A stretch of DNA of 64,000 nucleotides from Tubulanus polymorphus (GCF_964204645.1 NC_134027.1:6294485-6358484); one strand, 5' to 3'. Counted from the first letter of the stretch, positions 14,001 to 28,200 are shown. Program-made: numbers and translations. Notes: a model not told the origin generated them from the sequence alone.

Positions 14001-15602
14001 TGTAGATAGTAAAAAAAGAAATCTGTAAATGGTCGACTGAAGCAACTATTGTACTGATGTTTGTTTTATCTTTGGCTTCTGGGAAAGTCGAACAATCCAT
14101 GGACTCTATGAACAATCCGACCGATTGTTAGGCAGAAACATAAAACAACTCTATTGTTACAGTGTCGAATGCATGGAAATGAAAAGAACGGCGCTGCTAT
14201 GAGCCTACTCCCGGCCAGCGGCGACTAAAATTGACACAAAAGGTTCACCTTGCATAGGTCCTGACAGCAGCATCACATTTCGGTCCTTTGACATTCTTTT
14301 TCCTCACAAGATCGTTGGTTACATTACACGTTTTAAATTTGATAGCAGAAAACGCATCGTTATCAATTATACCAGTTTGTGACGGGACCACTTTTATTAC
14401 ATTTGTTTCGGCGACGTTGGCATTCGAGCCAATGTTGTCTAGTATTTCAACAAAGAGATATTGCAAAAGAAGATTCCAAAGAAACGAGTGTAAGCATAAT
14501 CTTAGTCTAGGAAGGGATAAATAAACAAACTTATTCATAGATAAGACTTCCAGATAGTCAGCACTTCAACAAAACAAGGAACCCACAAACTTTATAGCCA
14601 CTTGTAGATCCATGCTGCATGTAGCAAGATGTGATAGAAATGAACATTTTTGTCAAACCAGGAATTTACCACCTCCCTGCATCCAGTTTCACAAATGGAA
14701 ATTAGCAGCTATTCCGGAGAGCTGGATATAGTAGAAAACTGCAAGGGAGAAAATGAGCTTAATGCGTGAAAAATGAATCTATAAGCCCATAGTAGTAAGA
14801 ATGGAATAACAATTAGCTGAATTCAAACTTCTGAACCCAAAATGACCATGGAATTTTCATGAAGTCTGGATCTAGTAGAGTTGCTGCATTCATGATCTAT
14901 CATCATTGGTAAATATCTTCACTGAAGTGAATGAAAACAGAGATGAATTGAATTTCCCATTTCCGCTAAATTACTGAGGTATGAAATAAAAACATATGCG
15001 GCATTAACCCACGAGGTACAAGACCATGAATTTCTCTGTTGAGTTGTGTACAACAAGACATCAGTTTAGTGAATAAGTATCACTTTCATCTACGCAACCA
15101 AATGGCTTACATCTTTGTACCTCAAATGTATTCAACAAGTTGTGAACGTGAATATTGCAGGAGCTGTTCATATGAATTTTACAGATGCCTAATCTGGTTA
15201 ATGCAAAGGGTTTTCTAGCGTATGTTGTATGCAGATCAAGGCAAAATTGGCAAAATCATAAGTGGTCAGGGATTTAGAGGTAGGAGAAATATACATACTC
15301 AATTCACCAGATGGAATTAGACGATATGTACCTGGATCTCGGCGAAATGCAATTATGTCTTGCCTTAGGCTGATGGTAAAAACTCCCAGCGGTACGAGTC
15401 CTCTAATCGCTAGTAGTACAAGAAAGAGCCACCACGACACCTTTGCTAGCCACTACAGCTGTTTGATAAGGTGCCGATACAAAATGGATTCTTTTTTATC
15501 AGGATCGCCTCAGTATAAATCGAAATATATATGAATGAATGGACTTTAGTAAGAGATGAATGATGAGGACCTGGCAATGCAGTGGAATCCTCAACTTTAG
15601 CA

Positions 15603-15680
15603 CTTGTGGCAAGTGAGGATCCTCCAGGTGCGCTAGTACAGGTGCAGTAGGATATCAACTGGACCTCTTCTAAATTTCAA
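15603..15680. repeat. Dispersed repeat, copy 1 (possible SINE fragment)
   Basis: CTTGTGGCAAGTGAGGATCCTCCAGGTGCGCTAG (15603-15636) matches 43933-43966 at 33 of 34 nt, with weaker similarity for a further ~45 nt. Confidence 0.7.
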
Positions 15681-15865
15681 GTAAAACACATTCGTAAAGT
15701 AGGATGACGAAAGAATAATAACGATTGGAAACCTAGAAATAATTTGATCAAAATATATCCTACTCTCACCAGGCTATCTGACGGGATAGCTGGATCTGTT
15801 TCATTGGTAATGAAAAGTATACAAATACACTACATATATCGGTAAATCTTTGTGAAAATGCTTAC

Positions 15866-17370
15866 CTGTACTCTGTGTTCACCCACAGAGAAACTTAGTA
15901 ATGCTGTGCTTCGGTCAGTCAATTCTTCGATGCGAACCACCGTACTAGAGTCTATTTTGAGATCACTACTAACATCGGCGCTATTAACAAAATCGTCCGT
16001 TCTTAAATCTTCCACTCGTTTGAGTTCACCATTGGCCAGCTGGATAATCGACCCTTTCATGAAATGTGGTGGGTAATGAGGGGTGTTCGGATATGGGACA
16101 GGATTTAGAGGAGGTGGAGGAGGAAGAGATGAAGGGTGAGATGAAGATGATGCCGAAGAGGACTGTAATGGTGGTGGATGACTGTGGCTTTTGTGGCGTT
16201 TTGGAGGTGGCTCCTCGAATTTGACTCCGGTGTGCCGATGTTCGCCTTCTATATGGATATCAGGCGGTCGCGCCAATATTCTTTGTTTCAGACTGCCTTC
16301 GCGACCGACAGATGCCGGCGGTCTCATACACATACTGTCTTTAGAACTTGCGTCACGCGACGACGAGTCTTTATGGTGCCCTGATTTTATACCAGATACC
16401 TGAGATGAACTTAGACACTGAGCACTTGACGGCGATAGAGTTCGTCCATGTCGGCGTACAGATTCACTTTCTTTTTCGATTTTCGGCGATTTCATATCTC
16501 TGTCTCTCCTGAGATGCTCGGAAATGTGGCTCGAGGACAGAGACCTGCCCCCTGATGAGCCGAGCTGGCGATGCATACTTGGACCTGGGGAATTAGTTGA
16601 GGTCATTGTTCCGTGATACTGAGGTAACGGCCCTGAAGAATACGGTGTACGAGGTAGTTGTGTTTGAGCATGTTGAACATGGCTTCCCATCGCAGCGAGC
16701 ACATGGGAATATGACTCTATATGTGGGTAATGACTGGAAAGTAACGAGCCCGGTGCATACGCGTGACTATACTGCGGGTAGAAGGCACCGTACGGAGACA
16801 ACGTAGCCAAATGTGATGACTGTGAGTGCATACTAGGTGTATACGGGTTAATCGACGATGCAGATGTATAAACCGGTGCGATGTGTCCCGGCGAAAACAA
16901 GCGTTGCGCAGGAGGGTCGGTTATCGACGGTGTACGAAATATACTGCCGGAACTACCAGAGAGTACATGGGATTGTTCATGAGCCAGAATCCCTGGTCGT
17001 TGAGACTGTGCCGGGCTTGCTACTACATCAGAAAGCCATGATAAATTCTCGCTAGTAGTCGGAGAACTACCAGTCATTTTCTTTCTATCTATGCCATTTG
17101 TATTCATAGGCGCCACGACACTAGGAACATGTCCATCGCACGGCTTCCCCAGACACGTTTTGTTACACAGGCTGTTATTATTGTTATTGTTGATGGTGTT
17201 GTTATTGTTGATGTGTACGGAGTCTTTGAACGCGCTGCCGTCCCGGTTACTGTTTAACTTTAGTAATGTTGATTTGTGTCGTTTCCAGGCATAGTCCTCA
17301 GGCGAGCATGGATCATCAGGATACGTAGATGAGGGCATAGGATCACATCGTAATGACTCCCCGTCAGGAC
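15866..17370 (-). CDS. ATXN1: Ataxin-1-like protein, large coding exon (N-terminal low-complexity region plus first part of the AXH domain); partial gene
   Basis: The ORF ends in PPHFMKGSIIQLANGELKRVEDLRTDDFVNSADVSSDLKIDSSTVVRIEELTDRSTALLSFSVGEHRVQ (16072-15866), closely matching the ATXN1 AXH domain (human PPYFMKGSIIQLANGELKKVEDLKTEDF...VGEHRAQ, from memory). Acceptor ttttgtttattgtatatttgcAG|GT at 17371/17370; phase-0 donor CAG|GTAAGC at 15866/15865. First in-exon ATG is at 17338; the 32 nt before it are open in frame (xGT-PDGESLRCDP). Confidence 0.95.
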
Positions 17371-20300
17371 CTGCAAATATACAATAAACAAAATCTGATT
17401 ATGAATATCCTTCGATATGTTAAGTTGGCAGTTTTGCAATGAACATGGATTACTTAATTCCACCAGATGTCAGGGCAATGGAGATAGTGCACTAAATCAA
17501 TGAGAAACTAATCTAGATAGACAGCTGACAATTGATGGAGAGAGTACATCACTGACATCCACTATCCATAGAAAAAACATTTCTATTTCCTTGCATAGAC
17601 ACCGACTTTTTATAATGCTTTTAGTTAGAAAAGAACTAGCAACAACCAAGCAGGTTTGCTATTGTGTTTTTTTACTCCAAGACATACAGCTCTGATCACA
17701 TTATGAGGAAGGAGCTTTTACTATTTTGAGAATGATATCGTATATAACTTATTCATAACTATGATAGCTGTATTACATGCAGAGTCTAAACATCAGATCC
17801 AGAAGTGTAAAAGTGGAATTGTATTCTGATGTAGGAAGATTTTTCATATATTGGTTGTGATGTGTTTCCTCATTTTGATATGATCTGAAGACTGTAGACA
17901 GGGCAACTGGATGATACCAAGATTAACCAATGTACTGGGTGACTATACAACAAGGTATACTGGGTGACTAGGTGGGTAACTGGCCAGCCGACTGGGGAAA
18001 CTGCAGTTATCAGAGTTATTAGACAATTTGTGAACTAAATGAATGTCGTTAGTGTTAACTACAGTCCGAAAAAGTGAACCACACGCGCAACTGAGCACGA
18101 TCGCTTTATTTCAGACCGAAGATGGCCGACACTGTGAAACTTGAAATACCGCACTATAGTATAAGTGTTATGCTTGCCATTCACAGTCACCAGAAGTTCT
18201 CTTAACCTATCTGACGGTATTCATCATCAAGTTTACAATGACAATCTTTTTTTTCAAATCTGTACATGAAGATGAAGACGCAGCACTTTTGTGCACTAAT
18301 TAAACTTATGTCTGACTAACTTTCATAATATCGATTTTTGTATAGAGTGTCTATGATTTCAGTGCTCATTTTGTAGGTGCAATAATCCTGGTATAGACAT
18401 TACACTCGCATGATTCTAAGGAGAATATAATCTCTGAACTACACTGGTATGTAAGATAATTGATTCCGTAAATAAAGTTCAGGGATGTCAATACCCGCAC
18501 CCCCTATAGTTGAGGTCTCGGAAACACAGTTCAATAATTTCAATTTTTCTCAATTTAGCCAAGATGCAAGACTGACTCGCAAAATCAATTATACAAAGAA
18601 ACAGTTTCTGACCTGAATTAAAAGTACTGGTGCCAACGCAATTCATCCTGGATGTTTTGATCATTACGGGAGCATGTTGAACACTGTGCGACTTTATTTG
18701 GAAAATAACTCTTCGAGACCTCCTGACCTAAATTTTCTATTATGTACCTGAGTCACCTTTTTCACAAAGTATCGACATAGAAGGTCAATCTTCAACGGAC
18801 CTCGGGGCGGGGCGACATCAAAAAACATAAAGCGTGGCAGCAGTTAGCCTGTTTGTGACCTTTCTTATACCTCGAGGATTGATTCACATGATTACATTCA
18901 GATAATGGGAAATTGTATTGAAATACATCAGAACTGGCTGCTGATCGTTCCTTTACTGATCTATACAGTACTCAATTTAATTAACAACATTTATCCTGCG
19001 GGACTCGCGAAACATACAGGTTGAAAATCCCACGAGCTGTTTCATTAGTTGCCGTCTCTATTAATCTTAAATTTCCTGGCCGAACCTAAAATGGGACTTA
19101 CTTATCGCAATATGAAACATACAGTCGTCGAAACATGTGATACATGCATGTAAACTTTCGCCTTAATCTCGATTTCTAATTAGCGAAATTCAATGCGGAA
19201 CGACGACACCGTGTCGGATTAAAATGATGTCAATTTAACCATTCGCAATTTACGCTGAATGTGATACATTAAGGACAGTAGATATTTTCTTGACGACTTA
19301 ATCGGAATTGAATTTCACCTCACGTCTTAATGGATCTTAATTCATTTCAATGAGACGAGGCCTTAAATTAAAGCCCCGGAATTACTGCTAGTTTACACAA
19401 AATGCTGCAGTACGCACACACTCACACATCCAAACCGTATATATTTGTTCACCTAGGGACGGAAGGCAAACAATTTCTAAATGTTCTTCCAAGAATGGAA
19501 AACAATTCCGCCTCGAGCGGCAGTTTGCTATAGTATCATCACACTTGCTGATCGATAGCTATGGGAAAAATGTCTGTGCGACATAGATTCGTACATAGAA
19601 AGAAACCTGATCGTAGGTAGCCTCCGGCGCATTGATTACTAAACTAAATGATGTCATAACATGACTATGACATCACTATGAACGTTTATATGAATAGGAA
19701 AGTAAGTGTGTCAGTTGATACAGAGTAAGAGAGATGACGTCATTAAAGATAGTGAAGTCACAACTATATCGTAATCTATATGCTGATTCTGAGGTCAATA
19801 TTGATGTCAATAATCTTTAGTTCTATACAAAAAATATTTTATGAATGAAACGCATTGATGTTACTGGCATCAAGCCAGATTTAACTTATGGCTCAAATTA
19901 TGATACAAGTTTTTTATCGCAACCCGTGCAGTTTTAGTGCAGTTAAACTGTTTTCTACGAATCATAACTTATAATACTTTAATCAAACATTCATGTATTT
20001 TTATCTATTCGTATTTCAATTTCAAATGAGAGTTTTTGTGGCTGCCAACAGTTTCTTAGCACTCAAGTACTAAACCTAGACATCAAAGGTTCTGTTTAAT
20101 TAGGATAATTCGACATCATGTAATTAAAGTTACTTTTTTTAATATCAAAATTTGTGCTGAGCTAAGCTAATAAAGACATAGTTCTCAAACTCTCTAACAA
20201 AGGAACGCATTAACACCTAAACATGAACCAAGATTTATTCATCCTTCTCAGCCATTGCCCATCTTTCACATGTACTGGTAGTGTATCCAAAAGTGGTCTT

Positions 20301-21273
20301 TAACTTAACGTGCTTAAAAATTTCAGATCCCATCATCTGTTAATTAATAAGCGGATACACTGGAATCTGATTTAAAAAAAACAGTCAGTAAATTTCAGTC
20401 CAGACACTAGGCCATAATGCCATACTCCCTATTGATGATATACTAATAGTGTAGCTGGCGTTTGTAGATCAGAATTCATGTCACGTTAAGATTCTGGCTG
20501 TCTTGTCAGAAGCTTCGTTACTATTGTATTCATACGGGAAATAAGGGCCTTAGATTCGAAGCATTCTTGCCAGCTGAACAACATGACCATTTCGGCAGGT
20601 ATCTGCCAAGCTAACTATTTGCTGCAATATCGAATTAAATGGTTTTGGAAATTTCATATCATTGCAAATGGTACCAAAAAAGTATATCAGAATTAAAACA
20701 TTATCATTTTCAGTTTTTTCAAATGTTTTCTAATGTCGAGGCAAAGAAATTATTCTTGATTGGGACACGGCTGAATAACTGTAAACTTGTATCCAAACTT
20801 TAGTCCGCAATGGCGATGATGATGAAGAGAGTGGATGAGTACGAACTGGAAAAAACTCTTGCTTATTAATAATATCTGTTATTGTCCCCTACAGAAAGGT
20901 TACAGACAGTATCTCATACATAATCAACGAAAAGGTTATATCAAATTACAAGAGGGAATATAATGACCACATCCAGACTACTATGAAATGAATGAGTCTA
21001 ATAAGTTATCCAAAATTCATGATTGCCGTCTCTACTATAAATGCGGTGGTGGATGATTTCACTTTTTAAACAAGAGAGAATCTTAGATCTGTATAAAGTC
21101 TGTCTGTCTGTCTGTTTATAATCCAGCCAACGTCACCAATTTGACAGATGACTTGCAGATTTCATTCGGATAAGAAAAATTTCCGATTTCGTATAAAATC
21201 TAATTTAAATACGGATATGTTTACAATTTGGAAAATTGCGTGTTCACTTGAAACAGATAAATCGCTACACATT

Positions 21274-21416
<143 letters not shown>

Positions 21417-24400
21417 ATGACAAAAATGTAACATGTTAAGTCTCTTGTAACAAAAACATCAAGTTATCAAAATAAGACACCCACTTATGAAATATTTTCA
21501 ATGATTCTGCTGACGAAAGTCCCATGGAATAATACATATATAAAGATAAATATATATGAACAAATTTCTTCTATCATATCGTTAGTTTTCTAAGTCCTGG
21601 TTAAATAGCAGAGCGCGGTATCAAGTTCTTTACCCGAGCTCGGAATACAGGGGTTGAATTACACGAAAGTATCATTTACCGCACAAAAATGCTACGATAT
21701 TTGGTGACGTGCAGGTAAGTGGAGCTGCCACTGGCGCGGCGATGACGCTATGATAAAATCATTCAGATGTGTTATTTGCCAACGTGTGATAAACCCTAGG
21801 GTCTCGATACTAGAATACTACAAAATTCATATATATATCAAAGAGTCATGTACGCAATTTATATCCGCCCTACCGTAAAAGCCACAGGGGAAATAACGCA
21901 TTGCCTACCTCAGTCAGGAAAGATGACAATTTAATATCTACGGCCGTTCCGCTATATCTTAATTACTAAAAATCAAATTAATCAATTTAATCATTACATT
22001 CTCCTCGCCGGGCTTTTATCACCGGCGATAATTCATCGGAAATATGTCGGCTATTTTTTACGTCAAAAGCATCAAATTCCTACAAATATATTTTTCACAG
22101 AAAACGCGACGTCGCCTAGCTGTAGGCTATGATTGATTCACGAGCGCGGAATTCGCAAATTAGAAAACTTCTGAATCAAAATGCGCCCCGCGTTTTCTAA
22201 ACGGTGTCGTCGTCAGAAGTCGAAAAACGTATTCAATTTGCTTTTGATAGGGCGATATTCAAATTTTAACAAGATTTGAATTCGCAAAATTCCGCGCGCG
22301 CGCGCACGTATATTTTCGTAGATGATCTTAATGATCGGTGATGATTTCGATTCCCAGGTGACAACCAGTCTCGTGATTCGAACTATCTTATACGCAAGCG
22401 TAATTGACGAAGCAATGAAATTCGACTTGGATAAATGAAAGATAATTGTTACTAATTGTCCACTACTGAATATATAGAAAATCTCGTGCAGAGGAATGAA
22501 ACTAATTCAATTACATTCCGTCGAATAGAACTGGAACCTAGCATAAACATGACAGTTGGAAATCATACCTGCCATACGTGTTACGACCAATAGACTATGA
22601 TTATATGTTCTTGATTACCTGGCAAAAATCTGGTTGTCATGTTTCATAAGACTGCTATGATGCACGGTTGATTATCTTCTAAAAATCTTAGCATTTCTTT
22701 TCATAACGTATTTTAATCAACCGGTAACCTGATCGTCATCTCACTTTATCGAACGAACACCGGATCACGGTGCTTGTAACTCAGCTCTATCTCTCTTGTA
22801 TAGAATCACCTCATGATCCTTTCTTCCGATCATTGTCATATGTTGTCACGACATCGAAAAATACACACGAGAATTCAACGGTACCAAATTACGAGGAGGA
22901 CACGTATCAAATATCGCGCCGATGACCCGTATTTTAACGGAAGCAGCTTCGTCTTTCTCCGAGATGTCTTTCAGTCGACCGAGTCAGCAGACAACGACAA
23001 TCATTTTCGGATTAATATTTCAGGGGAATGCCCTTTTCGAATACCTTCCCGAAAACTAAGTGCACAGTCGACATCAGATAAAAGCGCATTTCTGATAAAA
23101 TTCCAATCATATCTTTCTAAAACAATCATGAACGCTACAACATTGAAATGACTACAATAGATATACTACATATACTTAAAAACGTTACTCTTCTATGTTA
23201 CTGGTTAGAGAACATTGCAACTGATGATCAGCATTTTCATTGTAAATCCCAAATACTTAGCATTTCGGTCTCAACGGAACGAGTAATATAGTAGTATAGA
23301 GTCTTATCACGAATTACTCAGACTTCGATTAATAGTTCGGGGAATATCATTTAGAGTGAAGTTTTATTTTCTTTTTAAAGCCGGAAATAGTTGGCCACGA
23401 TTGTACTATGAACATGACTGACTGAATTGAAACACTTGTAAATATCTTAGCCCTGATTTGGAGCTGATTTTCTTTTGTTCAGAGCTCGTGGGATAGCAGA
23501 GACACTACTTTCACGATTTCTATATTTAAAACAATTACAATGGACCCAGTTCCACCTTGCATATCTGAATCAAAGATTTCATGAATTGTTGATAGCAAAA
23601 CAGAAAGTTTTTTGAAAAACTTGAGCGAGGTTTGCCAGTGAGAAGTCTTGTAAGGTGAACTGAAGAGTGGTATTTTTTGCGACGGCATAAAAATGATTAC
23701 AAAACTGTTCATATACATTGAAACCTAGTATGCGTTATTTAAGCGGTTCTGTGTATCATCAATATTGGCATTTCAAGATAGCAATCACAAATGTGAATAT
23801 TAGCATTTATTTCGTAATCAAATATATTTCATAAATCTTATTCTATTTTTGATAAATGTTCATAATTATTTTTGAGAGGATATACATTATGTCATCAATA
23901 TATTGGGGCTAGACTGGTTGCCAGTCAATTCAATTCAATTATCAATATATTCAAATCTAAAATAACTTTATTGTACATTAATATTATATTTAATTTGTAT
24001 CATATCATTTACTATCGGCAGTATTAAACAGTCCATTATTTTTCAAGGCGTCAATAAACTTTCGAGTTAGTTTTCTTGTTCTATAGCGATAGTCATTTCA
24101 AAGAATTGTGCAATACACTTCCGGGGGGCTGGTATAGCAAAATCCTTGCCGATCAATCCGAATTCAGAGAATATTGACAAAAACCATGGGAAAGGGTACA
24201 GCGCTTATATGAAAATATTCAATCCAACATTGAATCATCGTAACACGGATAAAATCCTTTCATCGCATGAATTCTAATATTCTGAACCATGAATATAACG
24301 GCACTTGATTGATTAATAGCAAATTTTGTTTCTTTGACTTTCGATTCAATTTGGCACGAACTATTCTAATATTCCATTTCTCAACAGTTTACCTTTGTGT

Positions 24401-24509
24401 ATCGTCACTGAACAACCGTAAATAATACATTCCTTCCTATTCATACATTTCCTGTACAACTGATCATATTATGGAAAAGTATGATTTCGACACTGGTCGT
24501 TACAGCTAT

Positions 24510-24624
<115 letters not shown>

Positions 24625-24827
24625 CACAATTTGCCTATTTACACTGACACTATCAACATGAATTTTAGATGTTGACACTAGTCTTCTGAATTCATACTAT
24701 CGACAAAAGAGCACATATGCATGCACTTGGACTCGTTGGAGGGCTCTTCGCACTACTATCGTATAAGAATCAAGGCAAAAGAAGTTCAATTCAATCCATT
24801 CTTTATTCGATTTTCTTAAAGATTTTT

Positions 24828-24902
24828 GAGAGAGGGAGAGAGGGAGAGAGGGAGAGAGGGAGAGAGAGAGAGAGGGAGAGAGGGAGAGAGAGAGAGAGAG
24901 AG
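24828..24902. repeat. (GA)n / GAGG polypurine tract
   Basis: Read directly from the sequence. Confidence 0.95.
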
Positions 24903-25267
24903 GACTGAATAATACGACGAGCAAAACTGCCGCCCGAGAGAGAAATCGATAGTTTTCGTCGGTGAGTTATGTGTTTGAGAACGATTCCGTCTGAAACCGT
25001 TCGGAATATCAATTGTTCATAGTAATGAAGCGAGCCCTCCCGAGTTGCTATGACATCAGAATTCGATACAAACTGCGCGTAATTAATACTCCAAAATCAC
25101 TATTCACAATGGCCCGATATTATACATCCGGGTTGATTAAATCGTGCGGCGATTCATCGGCGCTGGGTCACACGGGTCAACTCGATACGCCGTACAGACC
25201 AGGTGACGGGTCGGATATAAAAGTACGGACGGCGACGACGCCGTGACCCGGTGATGGTCACTCTAGA

Positions 25268-25291
25268 ACACACACACACACACACGCACGC
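25268..25291. repeat. (AC)n microsatellite
   Basis: Read directly from the sequence. Confidence 0.85.
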
Positions 25292-28200
25292 AATCACTAT
25301 TCACTTTCTTTTATTCAACAGGCTATTGATTCGTAGTTCATTCAACGTCTACGTTCCCATATATACCTATCCTATCGATTGTAGATGCAGCCATACACAC
25401 GTAACATGACAATATTATAGTGAAATAATTTAGCGCAGCTATAATTTCGCCATTTCTATGTGAACACAGGTAGAGAATGTATCACCGATGTGTAACGCTG
25501 GCATGGTTTATCTGCCATTACGTCTGAGTATAAATTGACAGATGTATTGATTAGCTCGTAAACAATTCCACTCTACTATGATGACGACGACGGCCTATAT
25601 TACATTATTTTCGTCCCATATGTGCTTTTTTCGATAAGATAATTTTTCAATGGTTGAAAAAAGAACGCTGAATATCGCGTTTAATATCACATCGTAGTGG
25701 CATTGATTGACCTACTTATCAGGTAACTAATCAAGATTTAGATGTCTGATATAAATCGATTGACATTGATAAACCCCAAACGATACTGGTCTTATAACAA
25801 TGGAGAGTGGATTTAAGGGGATGAAGGGCTAGCGAAACGGGAATAATTCTGCACCAGACAAAAAAGTGCCAGATTAAAGACAGTTTGAACGCGATCCCCT
25901 GAGGAACATTAGTAATACCGTCACCACTGCGCCACTTCAGGCAAATTTACACGGTATATAAACGCCACTAGCCATCAAATTTGATTCAAATAGTACTACA
26001 CATTATCACCAATCAAACTGTCTACTAATATTACGGCAAAAAGCAGTTACAACTGGTGCTTTAAAATCCGCTTCTATGTCTACTTACTGGCCCCACGAGC
26101 CTGTCAGATTAAATTTGCTTCTACGATCTTTTTATGAAGTTTCGACCTTAAGGCTAGACTTTACATACTTTTTGAAACCTGTCAGCAGAAAGTTTATCTC
26201 ATTTTTCTGGCCGAATACAGGAGGGATGGATTTAAATCCTGTCGCAAAAGTATTATGCCGGAAGTAACTGGTTTCCTCATATATGCAGACCTTACTGGAT
26301 TAATTAAATGCAATTTTCAGCTTTTTCCATGAAAAAAGTTGTAGCGTTTGTCATTTGATTTACAACCCACAAATCAGCGGTGACAAAAGAACAAAAAAAT
26401 GAGAGAATGCCCAGAGAAACAAAACTTATACGTCACAAACAGTTTGAGTTTACGGCAACAGAAAAAAACTAGTCACCGGTAAGTTAAGGTTCATTGACAA
26501 ATAAGGTTCATTGACTGTTAATCGAAAGTCCATCTTAGAAAGTTGCCAATGACCAAGTCCTGAGGAAAAAACCCCAAAAAACATCAAAGACATTCATTTA
26601 TTTTACATCATTTTCCCAATGTTTGTAACAATTTTGCCAGCTACACATATCCACCGCTCCAGTAAATACTGGATTTAATTGGACGAGAAGAAAGAGCGCA
26701 GGAAACTCTACGTGGATTTCTACGTCTGATGTAGATAATTAAGTAATCAAAACCGACGGTGAAAGAATTGAGGTACACTAACTTTTTCCAGATTAATGAA
26801 GCCCTATTAACGCAGCGTGTCTAATGAAATCGATCAATTCCTGTTCCACGTTTCTCTGGTAGGGTTCGGCGAAAGTGAATTAAATTTCACATGTCGATTT
26901 TCATGCAGCTCAATCAAAATGAAAGCGCGAATTGTCTAAATCAACAGCTATCAGGTCGTACGGGACTGTAAGAGTTGCCTGAACGACTCTCCCGAGAGTC
27001 CCGCAGATACTTCTTAATAGACTATGTATCAGCAACGATTTAATGTCTCGCAGCAAATTTCCAGCGCTCAAGCGCATAGGCTGCATTTTAATAAGACAAC
27101 ATCGCCACGAACTGGAAACTTTACTGAAAACGGCTCAGCAGATATTCTTTAACGACGTCTGTGTGATAACAAGAGACGAGGCGAATGCCGTTCAATAATT
27201 CAACACTGATCGTTTAGTAAGAGTTCAAATTTAACTCTCATTTTCAGTGATGACACTTAAGCGGCAGCTCAGGGTCAACGGTCTGACAAGACGAAGACTC
27301 GGTCGACCGGTTTTACGAATCTCTCGTTTCATACTTTTCATAATATCGTACGATCACTTCGAATACATTGTAACTAATTTAGTTGAATTAGGGTAAATTC
27401 AGGAATTTAGGATATTTGCTCTAAAATTCATGAATTACGCACACAAGCCAGTACAAGCTGTCGCTGTTGCACACATTGCCGAGCAAAAATCGCCCTGTTC
27501 AACGGTTTATTCATTTTTCACATCGCCCGCCCGTTGTTTAAATTCAACAATATCTAGGCATAAAGTTTAAACTGTTTACTATGAAACTGAATGATTCGAT
27601 TAGACTGCGTATCAGTATGCGTACTACACATGACAATCGTCAATAGGAAAAACACCGATAAAACCAATTCCTTTTATTTATCAAGTGGCCGATATTTTGT
27701 GGAATGATCTCTTCGTGTCTGTATATGATACATCTCTCTCTCGCTCTCTTTCGCGCCATTGACGCGAGAATTTCGCGCGTTCAATTATTCGTAACAAGAC
27801 AACCCGACATCAATTCCGATAACCGGCATCGATTTTGAGCCCTATTAAATTTTCGACAGGATAAGCTCGAGAACAATCGCACCAATGCACCGGAGCATAT
27901 CGTCGATGGACCCTTCATTCGCGCGTCGCCCGACACAGTTTTTAACGCGTCATTCATTAAGATCGCCGGCCTAAACGCGTTTTCGTCGCGTATTTTTACG
28001 TAAAACGCCATCTGCACATTAATTTCCGATCAATCTATCAATGCAATCAATAAGATCAATTGATTGTAAGTACATCAGACAGAGACTAACTACTGCACAA
28101 ATAGCCGGTATCCTCAACATCGTATGATTATTGATTGGTGTCTGGACAGCGCTATATTCTGATTATTCCGGAAATTAATTCATATCAGTGCAAACAAATA

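Noticed and set aside
15830-15865. C-terminal VSIFTKIYRYM* of the 502-aa ORF
   Set aside because: It lies after a consensus donor at the conserved intron position; AXH similarity is lost within a couple of residues.
15852-17463. Short ORFs overlapping the ATXN1 exon on the opposite strand or in other frames
   Set aside because: Shadow ORFs of real coding sequence, with no recognisable domains.
18119-18205. AAGATGGCCGAC (YY1-like or strong start context) opening MADTVKLEIPHYS... on plus
   Set aside because: The ORF closes after 27 codons, with no good donor or downstream exon.
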